Shown: positions 11,884-27,355 of the stretch, piece after piece
Layout of the letters: the number at the start of each line of letters is the position of its first letter
Position numbering within the stretch: the first letter of the stretch is position 1
Assembly (NCBI GenBank): GCA_021432655.1
Contig: MU271199.1
Location: 62,001-126,000 of the forward strand
Reading direction: 5' to 3'
Source: Atractiella rhizophila
Lineage: Eukaryota
Length of the DNA: 64,000 nucleotides
The notes under the pieces: generated by a model
Seen by the model: only the letters and a program-made list of their open reading frames with translations
Databases searched by the model: none
What the model was told of the DNA's origin: nothing
Program-made: the position numbers and the translations under genes

Positions 11884-13632
11884 TCAGAAAGACGTCTCGA
11901 TCTGCATCTTCCACAGCTCAAAATACTCCTCTGCCATCCCTCTATCGCTGGTCGTGCCTCCTTCAATCTTCATCTCCAACAGCGTGTTCTCAAGCACTAC
12001 AGTGCTGAGCATCTCCAAGTTATTCTTCCACCTTCCTTTCGTCCACGCAGCACATTCTCGCTTTCCTTTATCTCCAAAAGCATCCTTCAGGCCTGCCAAC
12101 GAAGTCCGAATGGACTGAAGATGGTACGTCTTCGACCTCCCCTTCTTCTCCCACTCCAATCGTCTATTCTCGAACCTTTCAGCAAAATAATTCTCAAACA
12201 CGTTCCTCCAGAACCTTTCTATAATCGATAGACAAACGGAGAGGTCCCACGTCTCAAAATTAGAAGAGAAAGAGTGGCGAGATAGGATGGAGGATAGGCG
12301 ATCCTGCATTCCCAAGGACGTCTCTTCTAGTAGGGAGTGGTAGAGGAAGGGAGAGAGAAAGGGAGCGCAGAAGGCACATATTCGACCGTGCATCGTGTAG
12401 CCCGGGTCAGCCTCTTCTGTCTCGAGGTCAAGTAGAAGGGGAGCAGGATGGTGAGAGCTTGAGTTTGGTGGAGGTACGTGAGGAGAGTGAGACGACAGAA
12501 AGGAGTGGGGGGAAGAGGAGCCCGACGGCGCCGGAGGAGCAGGTTCTAACAATATCTCCATATCTGCTTCAGGTTCCATTGTAGGATAGACGATATGCGC
12601 AGGATTTGCCTGTTTCGGTTCAGGTGTGTAATTGGGATCCAGTTGGGAAAGCAACTTCTCGGCATTCCAAGTCGACAGTCCGTTAAGCGAAGGAATGCCT
12701 GCATCCACGCGTGAAGACATGCACAAGGAACTAGAAAACGCGAGTCGCTTACCCTCGCCTTCTGTTTTCAAGCACAGGTTCTTATCTTCACTCAAAAGTC
12801 CAAGAAAACCTGTGGGTCGATGGTTGTGACGAAAGTAGAGGCAACAATCGAGTATCAGGTCATCACCTGACTGATTTCATCAACTAAAGCACGGACCAGA
12901 GTAGAGATCGAAAAGCAAAGTAACTCATACCAGGTGGCTGGATGTCCCCTTCTTCCTCAATGTCTCTCGCCTCCTTTGACCTCGAATAACCTCCGGCCAT
13001 TGACGGATGAGCTCCAAAACGGTCTCGTTCGCCCGTCGCGCCAGTACTCCAAGCTTCACTTGAGATGGCCCTCGAGGTCGTCCAGCTCCTGCTGCTCCGT
13101 CAGAAGGCAGAGGGACCATTCGATCGGAGTGTTTGAGCCCGTCGAGTTCGGACAGGACGATGTGAGGGATGATGAAGAGTGGTGTCGTGGGAGAGCGATA
13201 GGAAGGATGAAGGAGGGAGAAAAGGGAGGTGAGAAGGGAGAGATGCGAAATTAAGACGTTGGTATCTTCAGTTGAATCAGTTAGAAACTCATAATACTCA
13301 GAAAGAAAGAGAAGAGTTTGCTTGCCAAGAATGACAATCACCGATCCCTCCGGAGAGATATACGCAAATTCATTTACATTAGTAGACGATAACACGTCTA
13401 TTTCTACCTCCAAAACCTCCCCCGGGCGTTCAGCGCGTATATTGGCAACCACGTCCTGATCGTCGACTACAAATGCGCCGCCACCTGGAAGATGGTCTGC
13501 ATCCATCATTTCAACAATCTCGTCTTCTTCTCCACCATCTCCAAGTATGAGTTGGACAGGCCCATACCCACAGCCTGGGATGAGAGCTTGAGAGGAGGGA
13601 AGGGAGTTCCATTGATCTGCGTAGGTGACCAT
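11884..13632 (-). CDS. Swt1-like PIN-domain ribonuclease; start uncertain
   Basis: PIN motifs VIVILDTNVL, IIPHIVLSELDGLK, DDLILDCCLYF and LLSEDKNLCLK after splicing. Confidence 0.8.
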
Positions 13633-14410
13633 TGCGCTACTGAATTGATACCTGACCCTGTACCGGACCGTTTGAGCACGGCATGGGACGATATCAGGTG
13701 CTCACAAGTTAAGACAAAGAGCCTACGATGGACTCACCTCAGGACTGACCATTTCGAAGACCAGAAGATGACAAGAGACAGAGAGAAGATGACTATGGTT
13801 TGTAGCTATCATCTCATTCATCTCATCATCCTCTCCAAGTTTGCCTTTGTCTTCATATCCTTTGGAGCTGGATTTAGGGCACGACGCGGAGCATCAGGCA
13901 TCAGGCATGGCACATCCTCTTGGAAGCATGAGTCCAACTCCTCTGCCGGCATAAATTAACAAATTTTGTGCCTTTTGTTGCTCTACGCCCTCTGTTTGAA
14001 ATATTTCTTTACTGAGAGTGAAACTCTTATTTGCCTCGATCAGATCTATCCTATCCACAGACCGTCCCCAACTTCTGATGACATCTGGTTCCACTTAGAT
14101 CGCGAGGTAACCGAGTGCTCTGCTCTTAAGGATGGTGGTTCGGACGTTCTAGAACCAAACATCTGAATGCTGATCGTGTAACTTCGAGTTTCGTTATCCA
14201 ATTTCCCCCCCTTTTTTTAACATCCTTTGATTCTGGCGCCAGCTCTTGGATGAAAGTCACATGCACCTCTCATGACACCTGAGACCTATGACGTCGTGCA
14301 TTGTCGCGTCATCTGGACGATTCTTAGCCTAGCCTATTCATTTTTTTTTGTTAAAAGGAGTCCTCTGTCCCAATCCGTCCAGCTGCAATAAAGAACGCAA
14401 ATCGAGCTTC

Positions 14411-15142
14411 ATGAGAGAATCAACTATTCGCACAATCCACACGCCTTTGCTAACCCTCTCCTTCATCGTTTCCACGATCACACTGGGCATTTCAGCCTCA
14501 CTCGTCGCCTACTACGAGGACCATGGATACCCTAGCACCTCTTATAAGGATAGGATACGTATCCTTCTTGCTGCTTCTATCCTAGGTGCGTCGATTTGCA
14601 TATTTGGATATCTGGCATAGGTGAACGTTATGGTAGGTGTCCCTCTCAGCCTTTATTTTGGGATTGGAGGGGTTGTAGCGATGGAGAAGAAAATGTTTGG
14701 GATTATGCCTCACTTGATAGCGACAGGAATCACGTTTGTGCGTTTGCTTACATTGAACCATGTAATGTCCTCGTATGTTAAATCTTTTATTTTGGTGGCA
14801 CAGCTTCTATACCTCATCGGCGTCTCCTCTCTCACCGCTCTGACGGATAAGACCGACTGTGGGAATCCTGATAAACATGGGGACTTCCCTAGGTGCCTGG
14901 TCGTTAAAAGTCTTGTCGTAAGTAGCTCGCATAGCTATGTACAAGGTGTTTATCTGACTAGTTTACAGGCTATCTCGTGGGTAGAAACAATATTGTGAGT
15001 TCATTATCATCATCAGAATGGAATTGGGATGCTAACGAGCCGACGAAACAGCTTGCTCATCCTCTTCATCTTTGTATTCGCCCTGGGAGTTAAAGCACGA
15101 AGCGGTGCGGGAATGAGACATGGCACTCTCTTTGATGCGTGA
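14411..15142 (+). CDS. Small four-TM membrane protein (MARVEL-like)
   Basis: Five exons with GT-AG introns; four hydrophobic helices and a Cys pair before the last helix (AISWVETI). Confidence 0.65.
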
Positions 15143-15705
15143 CCAGCCTTCTCCTGACGTGAAGTGAATTTTGGGTCTTCCTTTGTGATTCTAAACGTTC
15201 TACACTGCTACTTTCTGTAATGCGCGTTTGCTGACTGTAAAAATTCTTCGATTCTCCCCATCGGATGTATGCACAGACTGACGCCGACTTCTGACAACAC
15301 CTTTTCGTTCTCAGATGTGATATAACCGTTCTGAACCAAAGCTAATTGCTGCTTGTAGTAAGGACGTTATGGTTGTGGTGCGCAGTGGAGCCTCGGCTGG
15401 AGGCTTCGAGTTGGTCACAAGAAAACAGCTCGAACCGAATCCAGTGACAGCCATCTCGCTTGTTAAGCGACCACGGGCCGATGTCATCGTCTCCACACAC
15501 TCATTGGGGCAAAGTGTCCAAAGGGCATTCATTGTCTCCACACCCAGTTCACATTTGTTCAACGGCGAACGGTGTCGGGCTCCTTACAGTGACACAAGAG
15601 CGCCAGGTCTTAAAAGGGCGAGAGAACGCTCTACCGTCCATCCACATCAAACTTATCACATTTATCCAAGCTCGATCCTCAGTAACATTCTAGCAGCTTT
15701 CTGCA

Positions 15706-17227
<1,522 letters not shown>

Positions 17228-17831
17228 AAGTCAAAATTGTGTCATGAGGAGACGTTTGATTCTGAAACCCACCGTGACTGAAGCAATGTATTCTATACAA
17301 CTGGAAAGGAGTGCGCTCAAATTCAAGGCTCGCGTATCCGAATCTCGTCTTGCAACAAATAAAGCGTCTGCCATTTCTCTCATGCAAGGTCTTGAACAGT
17401 CACGCCACGTGATCTCTTACCTCGGTAAGTCATTACATCGGGGTCACACTTTGAGGGCATCGGCTTGCCTGAGACGGGCCCTTGAAGCTCAATTGGTGAA
17501 GTTGGACGCGCAATGATAATACCGTTGTTTTCGACTTTCAACTTCAACGCTTGCCGGTGCCTTGCTAACGCCGACCAGTTACTTCATCCAGTTTGAACTG
17601 ATTGATCCAAGGCCATTACCGTTCTGGATTGCTCTCACCTCTGACTTTGTCAGCTGTAATTCTCAACCGGCAATAAACTTACCGGTAATTTTACATCACG
17701 CAGGCATCACGTCGTCTCCTACCTCAGCCTGAGAACCATTTAAAAGACTCCAGTCGTCGACATGTCAAGTTCAAGTCGACAACTCCAGAGAAGTACGATA
17801 CAGGACCACAGCACAAACCAACAGCAGTAAG

Positions 17832-18544
17832 ATGAGTCCAATTCCCAACCCACGCCTCTACTTGAAGAAGCCCGTCGAGGTATTTATCTTCTCCTTTCAA
17901 GCGCATTACATCTAACAGAAGGGTCTTAGGCTAACACTTACCCCGTACCAAACGAGAATCTCGCCTACGACGACAAGGAGACGATTGACATCGATGGCAT
18001 CGAACTCAAGCCAGGAGAACTCCTCGTTGAAACACTATGTGTCTCCCTTGACCCCTACATGCGTGGGAGAATGCGTAAGGACGGGGAGAGCTACGCTGAG
18101 CCCTTCACAGTCGGGGACCCGTACGGCTTCAATGTCTGCAATTTCTGAAGTTAAAAGGTTGACAATTTGCGTCAGAATCACGGGAGCCATGATAGGGAAG
18201 GTCCTCAAGTCTTCCTCGGAGAAGTTCCAAGAAGGTCATCTGGTCAATTTTGGAGGCCGTAAGTCTTTCCTCGAATATAAGCGGTTAGACTGAGTCTTTG
18301 TGAAGAATATCGCAAATTTTCGAAGTTCAATGAAGCAGCCCTTCCTATCCGACAGCTATGTTAACAGCAAGGGGAAATTAAGCACAAGCACGAGGAATTG
18401 TTTTGGAAGACCATACCTGACAAACTTGTTGCCGGAGAAATCCAGTTCCAAGAATCCGTTTACCATGGTTTTTCTAAGGCTCCAGAGGCTTTTGACGACC
18501 TTATGAAGGGAAAGAATGAAGGGAAAGTTATTGTGATGCTTTAA
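17832..18544 (+). pseudogene. Chimeric reductase fragment (5' part of paralog 2 fused to last exon of paralog 1); probably an assembly artefact
   Basis: 17832-18357 matches 19139-19658, then the sequence switches at 18358 to the 3' exon of paralog 1. Confidence 0.6.
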
Positions 18545-19138
18545 AAGTCAAAATTGTGTCATGAGGAGACGTTTGATTCTGAAACCCACCGTGACTGAAG
18601 CAATGTATTCTATACAACTGGAAAGGAGTGCGCTCAAATTCAAGGCTCGCGTATCCGAATCTCGTCTTGCAACAAATAAAGCGTCTGCCATTTCTCTCAT
18701 GCAAGGTCTTGAACAGTCACACCACGTGATCTCTTACCTCGGTAAGTCATTACATGGGGGTCACACTTTGAGGGCATCGGTTTGCCTGAGACGGGCCCTT
18801 AAAGCTCAATAGGTGAAGTTGGACGCGCAATGATAATACCGTTGTTTTCGACTTTCAACTTCAACGCTTGCCGGTGCCTTGCTAACGCCGACCAGTTACT
18901 TCATCCAGTTTGAACTGATTGATCCAGGCATAACCGTTGTGGATTGTTCTCACCTCTGACTTTGTCAGCTGCAATTCTCAACCGGCAATAACTTACCGGT
19001 AATTTTACATCACGCAGGCATCACGTCGCCTCAGCCAGAGAACCCTTTAAAAGACTCCAGTCGTCAACATGTTATGTTCAAGTCGACAACTCCAGAGAAG
19101 TACGATACAGGACCACAGCACAAACCAACAGCAGTAAG

Positions 19139-20629
<1,491 letters not shown>

Positions 20630-20960
20630 CCTTGACCTCTTCATGTTTTGGTTTGTGAAGAGAATTTTGATCGTGAATAACTTGAAATAAAAGAGCGTTG
20701 GTACATCAGTCCGACCAAGTTGATTAAAAGAGGTTCTAGGCCAGGTTTTCAGCAGTGCAGAGTCCATGAGACGTACGGTCGTGATGATGCATAAATTACG
20801 CAGACGACAGAAAGTCTATGCTAGCATAGGTGTTACTTCATTTACGATTTGATTATCACTGCCGAAGTCACCAAAACAGAAACGATGACACCAAAAAGAC
20901 CATTAATGAAAACCGAAGACACGAACGATCACTATCAAGCCACTAACAAAAGCACGATTA

Positions 20961-21958
20961 TCATCGAATAAACGGTAACCTCGTAGGTACCTTCTTTCTA
21001 TATTCCACGTAGTCCTTCCCGAAGAAGGAAACGAGATATTCTTCCTCGACTAGAGCACCCAATCAACCTCCAAGCTCAAAAGAAAAAGAGATCACGCACC
21101 TTCAACCCTGTTGCTGAAATATCGATACAGAATCACTGTGAATGCAGCCAAGCAGATCCAGTTCCCACAAAACACCTGAAGCCCGAGACACCAGTACCAG
21201 AAGCCGACGTAGGAGGGATGGCGAGTCCACGCGTAGATCCCGTCAGTGACGAGACGGTGGCTGGGGAGCTTCTGGACGGCGAGAGTATGGGAGAAGGATG
21301 AGGCGGCGGTGTACATGGCCATGGAACGGAAGTATTGCCCAACAACGGTGCTGACGACCCCTGCGTGTCGATGTTATTGTTAAGCTTTCGGAAATCAAGG
21401 GAAGTGGACTCACCTATCGCCAAGGGCAGGTACCCATGTTTGTAGGCTGCAAGGGAAGCAGGGAGGAAGAGCTCTTCAAGCACCAATTCGAAAATGGAGA
21501 GCGAGTGGGCGATGAGATACATGTTCCCATTGTTGAGGAGGAAGGCTAAGCACGCTCTCAACCAAGTTCCCATGCATATTAAGAAGGAAATACACACAGT
21601 CTACGCTGAGTTTGCTAGGGCAATACATGCTCGTCATAGTGAATTCGAGCATATGAAACGAGCTCCAGCACATCGCATAGAATCCCAGTCTGAACCACAA
21701 CCATCCCTCTGCACCAATCTCCCTAAAAACCGTCGAAAGACCCCACAGGAAGACGCTTCCCAAGGAAAATGCGATCCAAGCCAAATTATGCGGTGTAGAT
21801 TCGAAGGACGTCAAGGGAATGCGCGGTCTGGGTCTCAGCAGGGCAGAATGCGACACCGTAGACTCGGGATGCTTGGGAGCGCCGGGAGTAGGAGGAGGAG
21901 TGGAGTTGGGAGAGCTCATTTGGGATACGACGGGCGATTCTGATGCTGAGCTCGACAT
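20961..21958 (-). CDS. STE14: Isoprenylcysteine carboxyl methyltransferase
   Basis: FHMLEF, LLNNG, FSH, HRLVTDGIYAWTRHPSYVGFWYW and EEEYLVSFFGKDYVEYRKKVPT. Confidence 0.93.
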
Positions 21959-22535
21959 GTTATGACGAGGCGACGAAAAGGGATTGGGCGACGATGACGG
22001 AAAGGGATCCCCGGATGGAGAAGGGACGTCGCCTGCTTTTTGAAGGATGGAAGGACAGTAAGAAGTAACAATGGGCAGAAAATGTGATCTCTCTCGATCA
22101 GTTTCGAAGAGTCCCTTTGTTAACGAACGATGTTCCGGAACAGTGCCCCACTGCCCGTAACCCTATCTAACACAAATTTAGCTCACGCTTTTCCGTCCAC
22201 CCATACGTGACATTGATCACAAACAATCACAAAGACCACTCGCTTCTTTGAAAATTGCATCCTGAATTTTGGTATATAACAGGGGAAACGAAATTGTCCC
22301 TATGGAGGTATACTAGGTCCGGAAATCGGGTAGTAGCAAAGAAGAATGAGGACGGAATGGATAATTATGGTATCAAATGAGATGCAACAAAACAACAGCG
22401 AGATATCAAAGCATGGCGAAGAGCGAAACATCAGAACCTCAAAACAAGTGAGAACATGCACACGAAAACAAATATTCGGTCTATCCAACAGGCAACCAAT
22501 CACAACCACAGCAAACTTTACTTTTGAGCATTGTA

Positions 22536-22876
22536 TTAGGCAGTGACGTTTCCTCTCCTCCTATCCCTATTAACATTCGGATTCGGTTTCCTCAAACTAC
22601 CTCCGCCACTCGATGAAGTGGGCGAGGGGGGATTCATCTCATACATCTGCCGCAGCCTGTTGACGCTGCTCGAAGAGGTCTCCCCTGGCGTGCGCGGCAT
22701 GTCGCTCTTCTTCTTCAACACCAACCTTCCATCTTTATTTACGTTCGTAATGCTGTTCGTCCTCGACAGTCCCGTAGATGATTCGAAGTTTGGAGTCGAT
22801 GGTACGGGGGTAGATGCTGTCGGGGTTGAAGTGCCAGATCCGTCAAGGGAAGGAGGGAGGGGGACACCAAATTCTG

Positions 22877-22910
<34 letters not shown>

Positions 22911-25088
22911 AACCTTCCATCTTTATTTACGTTCGTAATGCTGTTCGTCCTCGACAGTCCTGTGGATGATTCGAAGTTTGGAGTCGATGGTACGGGGGTA
23001 GATGCTGTCGGGGTTGAAGTGCCAGATCCGTCAAGGGAGGGAGGGAGGGGGACACCAAATTCTGAGTAGGTGGGGTATGGAGCAGTGGACTGCACGGGTA
23101 TATCTCCAGTTTCGGTTGGAGTATCCTCAGATACTTCCGTCCCGTTATCTTCTTCCTCAGTCTCCTCAAAAGTCGTCGATAGAGGTTCTCCATAAACGTA
23201 CCGCCTCACGGGCATGCTGGGCGGCTCATAAGGTTCTGGTTCGTCGCTAGCTTCACTTCCGGCATCAGGGTGGTGAGGACCGGGAAATGAGTCGATGGAC
23301 ACATCTCTGGGTACGCGTTGGGTGGTAGAAATGGACGGTGGAGGGGAATAGAACTCGTCATCGTCCTGAGAAGCAGAACGGGAATGGTTGAAGGATTCAG
23401 GGGTCGGACGACCGACGCCGAGGCTGGTTTGGGACTTTTGGAGAACGCTGTTCGTTGTTACTGACGAAAGAGAGGTAGAACTGTCAATTCGATGGGAACT
23501 CGAGGAAGGAGAGGAGGAATCGCTGTCTCCGACTACTTTTGGAGTGGTAGTGGTGGGAGGGACAGGAGGAACTGGTGTGCGGTTGTTCGATTCCCGCCAT
23601 TCCTCTACGCTGCCCCCAGTCGAATAACGCTGCCATAACTTTGGCCGCGTAGGCGTCGCACTCCGATCCTCCTCATCATGGACAACAGGCACACTGTCCT
23701 TCCCTTTCCTGTCCGTGCTTTCTGGAGTCCGCACAGGATTGGACGGAGGAGGTAAGGGAGGAGCAGGCGTGGGAGCGTATCGAAGGGTCTGTCTGCCGAC
23801 CGCTTCAACGGGGATCGTTTTTTTGAGCTTCTTCCCGCGCTTGAACGGCGGCATCGACTTCTTCCCCGCGGTGCCATACAGTTCATCTGTCATTCCAGTC
23901 TTCTTCGCCAAACTCCGGAACGCTTCGTCAACTCCTTGCTCCTTCTCCACCTTGGCTCCTCCTAACCGCTGAAACTTGGATTTCGTAGTCGATTGAGCGA
24001 GAAGGGGGGAGTCGGGCACCTCGTCACCATCCACAATCACAAAGTCATCTAGCTCGCGATCTTGAAGCAAAGCAATGGTAGAAGTGGAATCAGGAGAGTG
24101 GAAGCGCTTGAGAAAGTGAACCCCGGATGGATGACGCATCAAAGAAGTCTGTCGCTCCAGTTGGATGAGAGGAGGAAGACTCGGTGGGGTGGAAGGGATG
24201 GTGGAAGGACGAGGCTTCTTCTTCTTGAGCGTGCTCACGCTGCCAAAGCTTCGATAACTGCTTTTCCCGCCAAACTCGGAATAACTGCCATTGACAGAGG
24301 AGGAGGATTTCGAGCGTAGGGCAGAGATTTCGGACGCTGTCATGTAAGCCTCCATAGTGAGCGGAGAGCGTTTAGGCCAGTCGCCTGCTTCGGATCGCGA
24401 AGCGACGGAGGATCCTCCAGCGTAGTAAGAAGCTTCGGAGGCTGTGAGGAAAGGGAATCGGATGTCCTGCGAGGTAAGCGAAGCGTTTTCTGGCGCATCT
24501 GCTCGTGTTCAGGCAAACAAACATCAAACACCGCATCCATAAGCTTCCGTAACCTTTGTCGCTTGGATATCTGGAACACATACCTCTGACGGTTTCCATC
24601 CACTGTTGCAACCTTTGATCCAGCTCCTGCATCTCCTTCTCTTTATTCGACTTATACCTCTCCTCAGCTTGCTTGAATCTGTCTTGCTCCCACGCCCTAT
24701 GCAAGCTCCGATAATCGTGCACAGAATTGCTCTGCAACTCATCCTCTTCTGCGTGTCCGTCGAAAGAGATAAGATCGATGGGAACATCGAAAGTAGACAG
24801 ACTTGAGTCGGTAGGAGCCGTCTGGTACTCGCTCGGGAGATTTGAAGGAGTCGCAAGAGGGTCTTCATAAAGAGAGTCCTCAGAGTCCTCCGCGAGCATT
24901 CTGCGTCGCCCTCCAGGCTCAGCGGTCGACTGGGACCCCTTCTCCATCCACTCTCTGACCTTTGAATCTGATCTTAGACTAGGGTCTCGCTTGGACTCCC
25001 TCTCCTTCTCCTTCCTTCTCGCCTCTGGACTGTCGATGGTAGTTTTCGATGAACTTGCGCTGGACGAGAGCATCGACGGGAATCTCAT
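22536..25088 (-). CDS. Hypothetical large low-complexity (S/P/T-rich) protein; frame disrupted by the duplication and poly-A at 22721-23068
   Basis: ORFs 24372-25088, 24340-24603, 22739-24355 and 22536-22724 join via one intron and removal of the 160-bp duplicate. Confidence 0.65.
22721..23068. repeat. 160-bp adjacent duplication separated by a ~29-nt poly-A run (probable gap artefact)
   Basis: 22721-22880 is nearly identical to 22909-23068; the A-run spans 22880-22908. Confidence 0.9.
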
Positions 25089-26236
25089 GCCGGGAATACT
25101 GACCCGTGGGTATTAATGTAAGCGAACTGATGGAATGCGCGAGATTGAGAATGGAAAGTTCGGTAGAAAGCGGTGGATTGTTGGTCGTTCTTTATGACGT
25201 TGGAGTTCCCGAGTGAAACGGAAACCCAGCTGTTCCGCAGCAGCATTCTCAATCACGTCTTTTCCACGATCTTCTTGCTCTGGCTGTTCAAAGTTCAATG
25301 GGCATGGCGGTTAGCGGCCCTGGACAGGTGTCAGCGACCATGTTAAAGCCACAAGTCTGCTCTAGCGCACTTGGTGAGGATTGGAGTGTTTGGAATGGGT
25401 TCCAGAAGAAGGCAACAGAGGAATCTGAGCTTTCGAAACTAAGCGCTAAGCTTTTCCATTCATGAAAAATAGTCGGTTAGTCTATTTGGAATGTCGTGTG
25501 GAGAATGTGCTCGCAACATTCGCCGTGATGATCCGTTGAACGAGGATCATACACATAGTTGTGGTGTGTCACACGCTATGGGATTTGGCAGAGAATGAAT
25601 ACAATTATATGGCAAGAGTGGCGTTTGAGTGAGCATGAGAACACAGTCTTGGGCTTTTGATGAAAGCGACGTGCGTTGTCCGCAGAATAATGGAACAGGT
25701 TGGCTTCTTGTTGCCCTGGTGTGTCATTCCTGTCCACCATCTTCTAGGTTGATGCTGCCAACAGCAGTTAAGTCTCAAGAAAGAAATAAGTGTGGTCGCG
25801 AGTGTGGATTTTTTATCGGACATGCATTAATGCATTGCGACTGTTCAGGACGTTCTTATTCATCTTTATTCCCATCTTTTTCATACTGCACTTGCTACCC
25901 GCACTTGATCATTGATCGTGGTACTTTTCAATCAGTAACGGGATACAGGCAGTCACCTTTGCGCCTTACAGGGAACAACGCTGTTCTTTCGTTTCTACCT
26001 TACAAGTGACATCAAAACCACAGGCAATGCATCAGCCAACAAGGTGTAACCCACTGCCCCTTTCAGATGTGGGAGACCCGACAGGAGTAATCAGAACCGA
26101 GGAAGGAGGAGGCCTTGGGAAAATCATGAAAGTCGGGAGCGGGATGCTCAACGGCGGGACACCACTACCCACTCGCACCTCGTCCCGACTCCCCAGCGTC
26201 CCGACTTCTTACTCGGATCCGAGCCAATGCCCAAGT

Positions 26237-26244
26237 TATAAAAG
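26237..26244 (+). promoter_or_regulatory. TATA box
   Basis: TATAAAAG followed by a CT-rich tract, about 135 nt upstream of ATG 26375. Confidence 0.5.
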
Positions 26245-26374
26245 GCACCACTTCATCCTCTTTCGCTCTTCTCAACAGTCGCTCTCTACCTACTCTCGAC
26301 ATTTGAACTTTTGACTTTCAAACTTTGGCGCCAGCCTTATTCGCATTATATAATCCCACTCGACCCACTCAACC

Positions 26375-26831
26375 ATGTCTTTGTACGTTTCTTCATGTCT
26401 TCCCCTTCTCACGTTCTGACCCCCGGTTCAGCTTTGACGTACCGAGCATCCCTTCATCCTTCAGCATTCAGAATTTGCTGCAAGCACTTAACGTCGCAGA
26501 AGCCATTGCGTACGTACCATCTTCTGCTTCCTCTCTCTATTCAATGCTCATAGTGAATCGTGCATCTAGGTACATCGAAACTGGCTTCGGACAGGACGCG
26601 TTCGACTACGGCGCTCCCATCACGCCTTGCCCCACTCCTGTAAGGTCGATGACGAGGAAAGAGCTGGATGGAGAAGCCCTAGTGACCGCTCTCGAGCCTT
26701 TGTTGTACGAGGAAACTCGAGGGGCGAGAATGGAGGATGGGGTTATGGTGTTGAAAGTGTATGGGCCTTCTGAGTCCGAGTCCGAATCCGACGATGAGGA
26801 CTGGAATGATGAGAGCGAGAGTGATGCTTGA
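26375..26831 (+). CDS. Small hypothetical acidic protein (~115 aa, 3 exons)
   Basis: ATG TCT TT|GTACGT..CAG and a second GTACGT..TAG intron give MSFFDVPSIPSS...ESESDA*. Confidence 0.55.
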
Positions 26832-27355
26832 AGATTGTCCTTTGATTGCCATTTCAACTCGAAACAAGCACTTTCCTTCCAGATTTTATATATGCCATAT
26901 TCTATCGAATTGTTGTTGTCTGCCTTTGACTCAAATTGTCAACACTACAACCTCTGAAATTGTAAACACTATAAACTCTCAGAATGTTCCTCGTTGTTTT
27001 GTATAAAAGAATTTGAACGCTACTATTTGGTTATTATTGCCCCTCACTGGCCTTGCAACACTACTAGTAGTTCTACATCTCACACCACCTCCAGTTGTGG
27101 CTTTGGGTTCACGCACTTTCTGAGAGCTTGATTAGCGACCCACGCTGATGGAACAAGCGAAGTGTCGAACTGGGGAGTAGCACGCCTTCATTCTTATTGC
27201 CTAAGAACGACAGAGCCGTCAAACTTCTCAGTCTAAATCGAAAGATTTGTAAGGGGGAACAAGTTCAACGCAATCGGTATCTTGAGAATATTATGGCATG
27301 AAGAGATAATCTACCAAGGAACGAAATAAACTGTACACGATGTAATCCAAACCAT

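Noticed and set aside
17832..18544. Third functional reductase paralog
   Set aside because: It is a chimera created at the duplication junction and lacks the central exons.
22880..22908. Poly-A as retrotransposon tail with target-site duplication, or a poly-Phe coding tract
   Set aside because: There is no element body, and the 160-bp flanking duplicate with SNPs matches the other artefact-like junctions.
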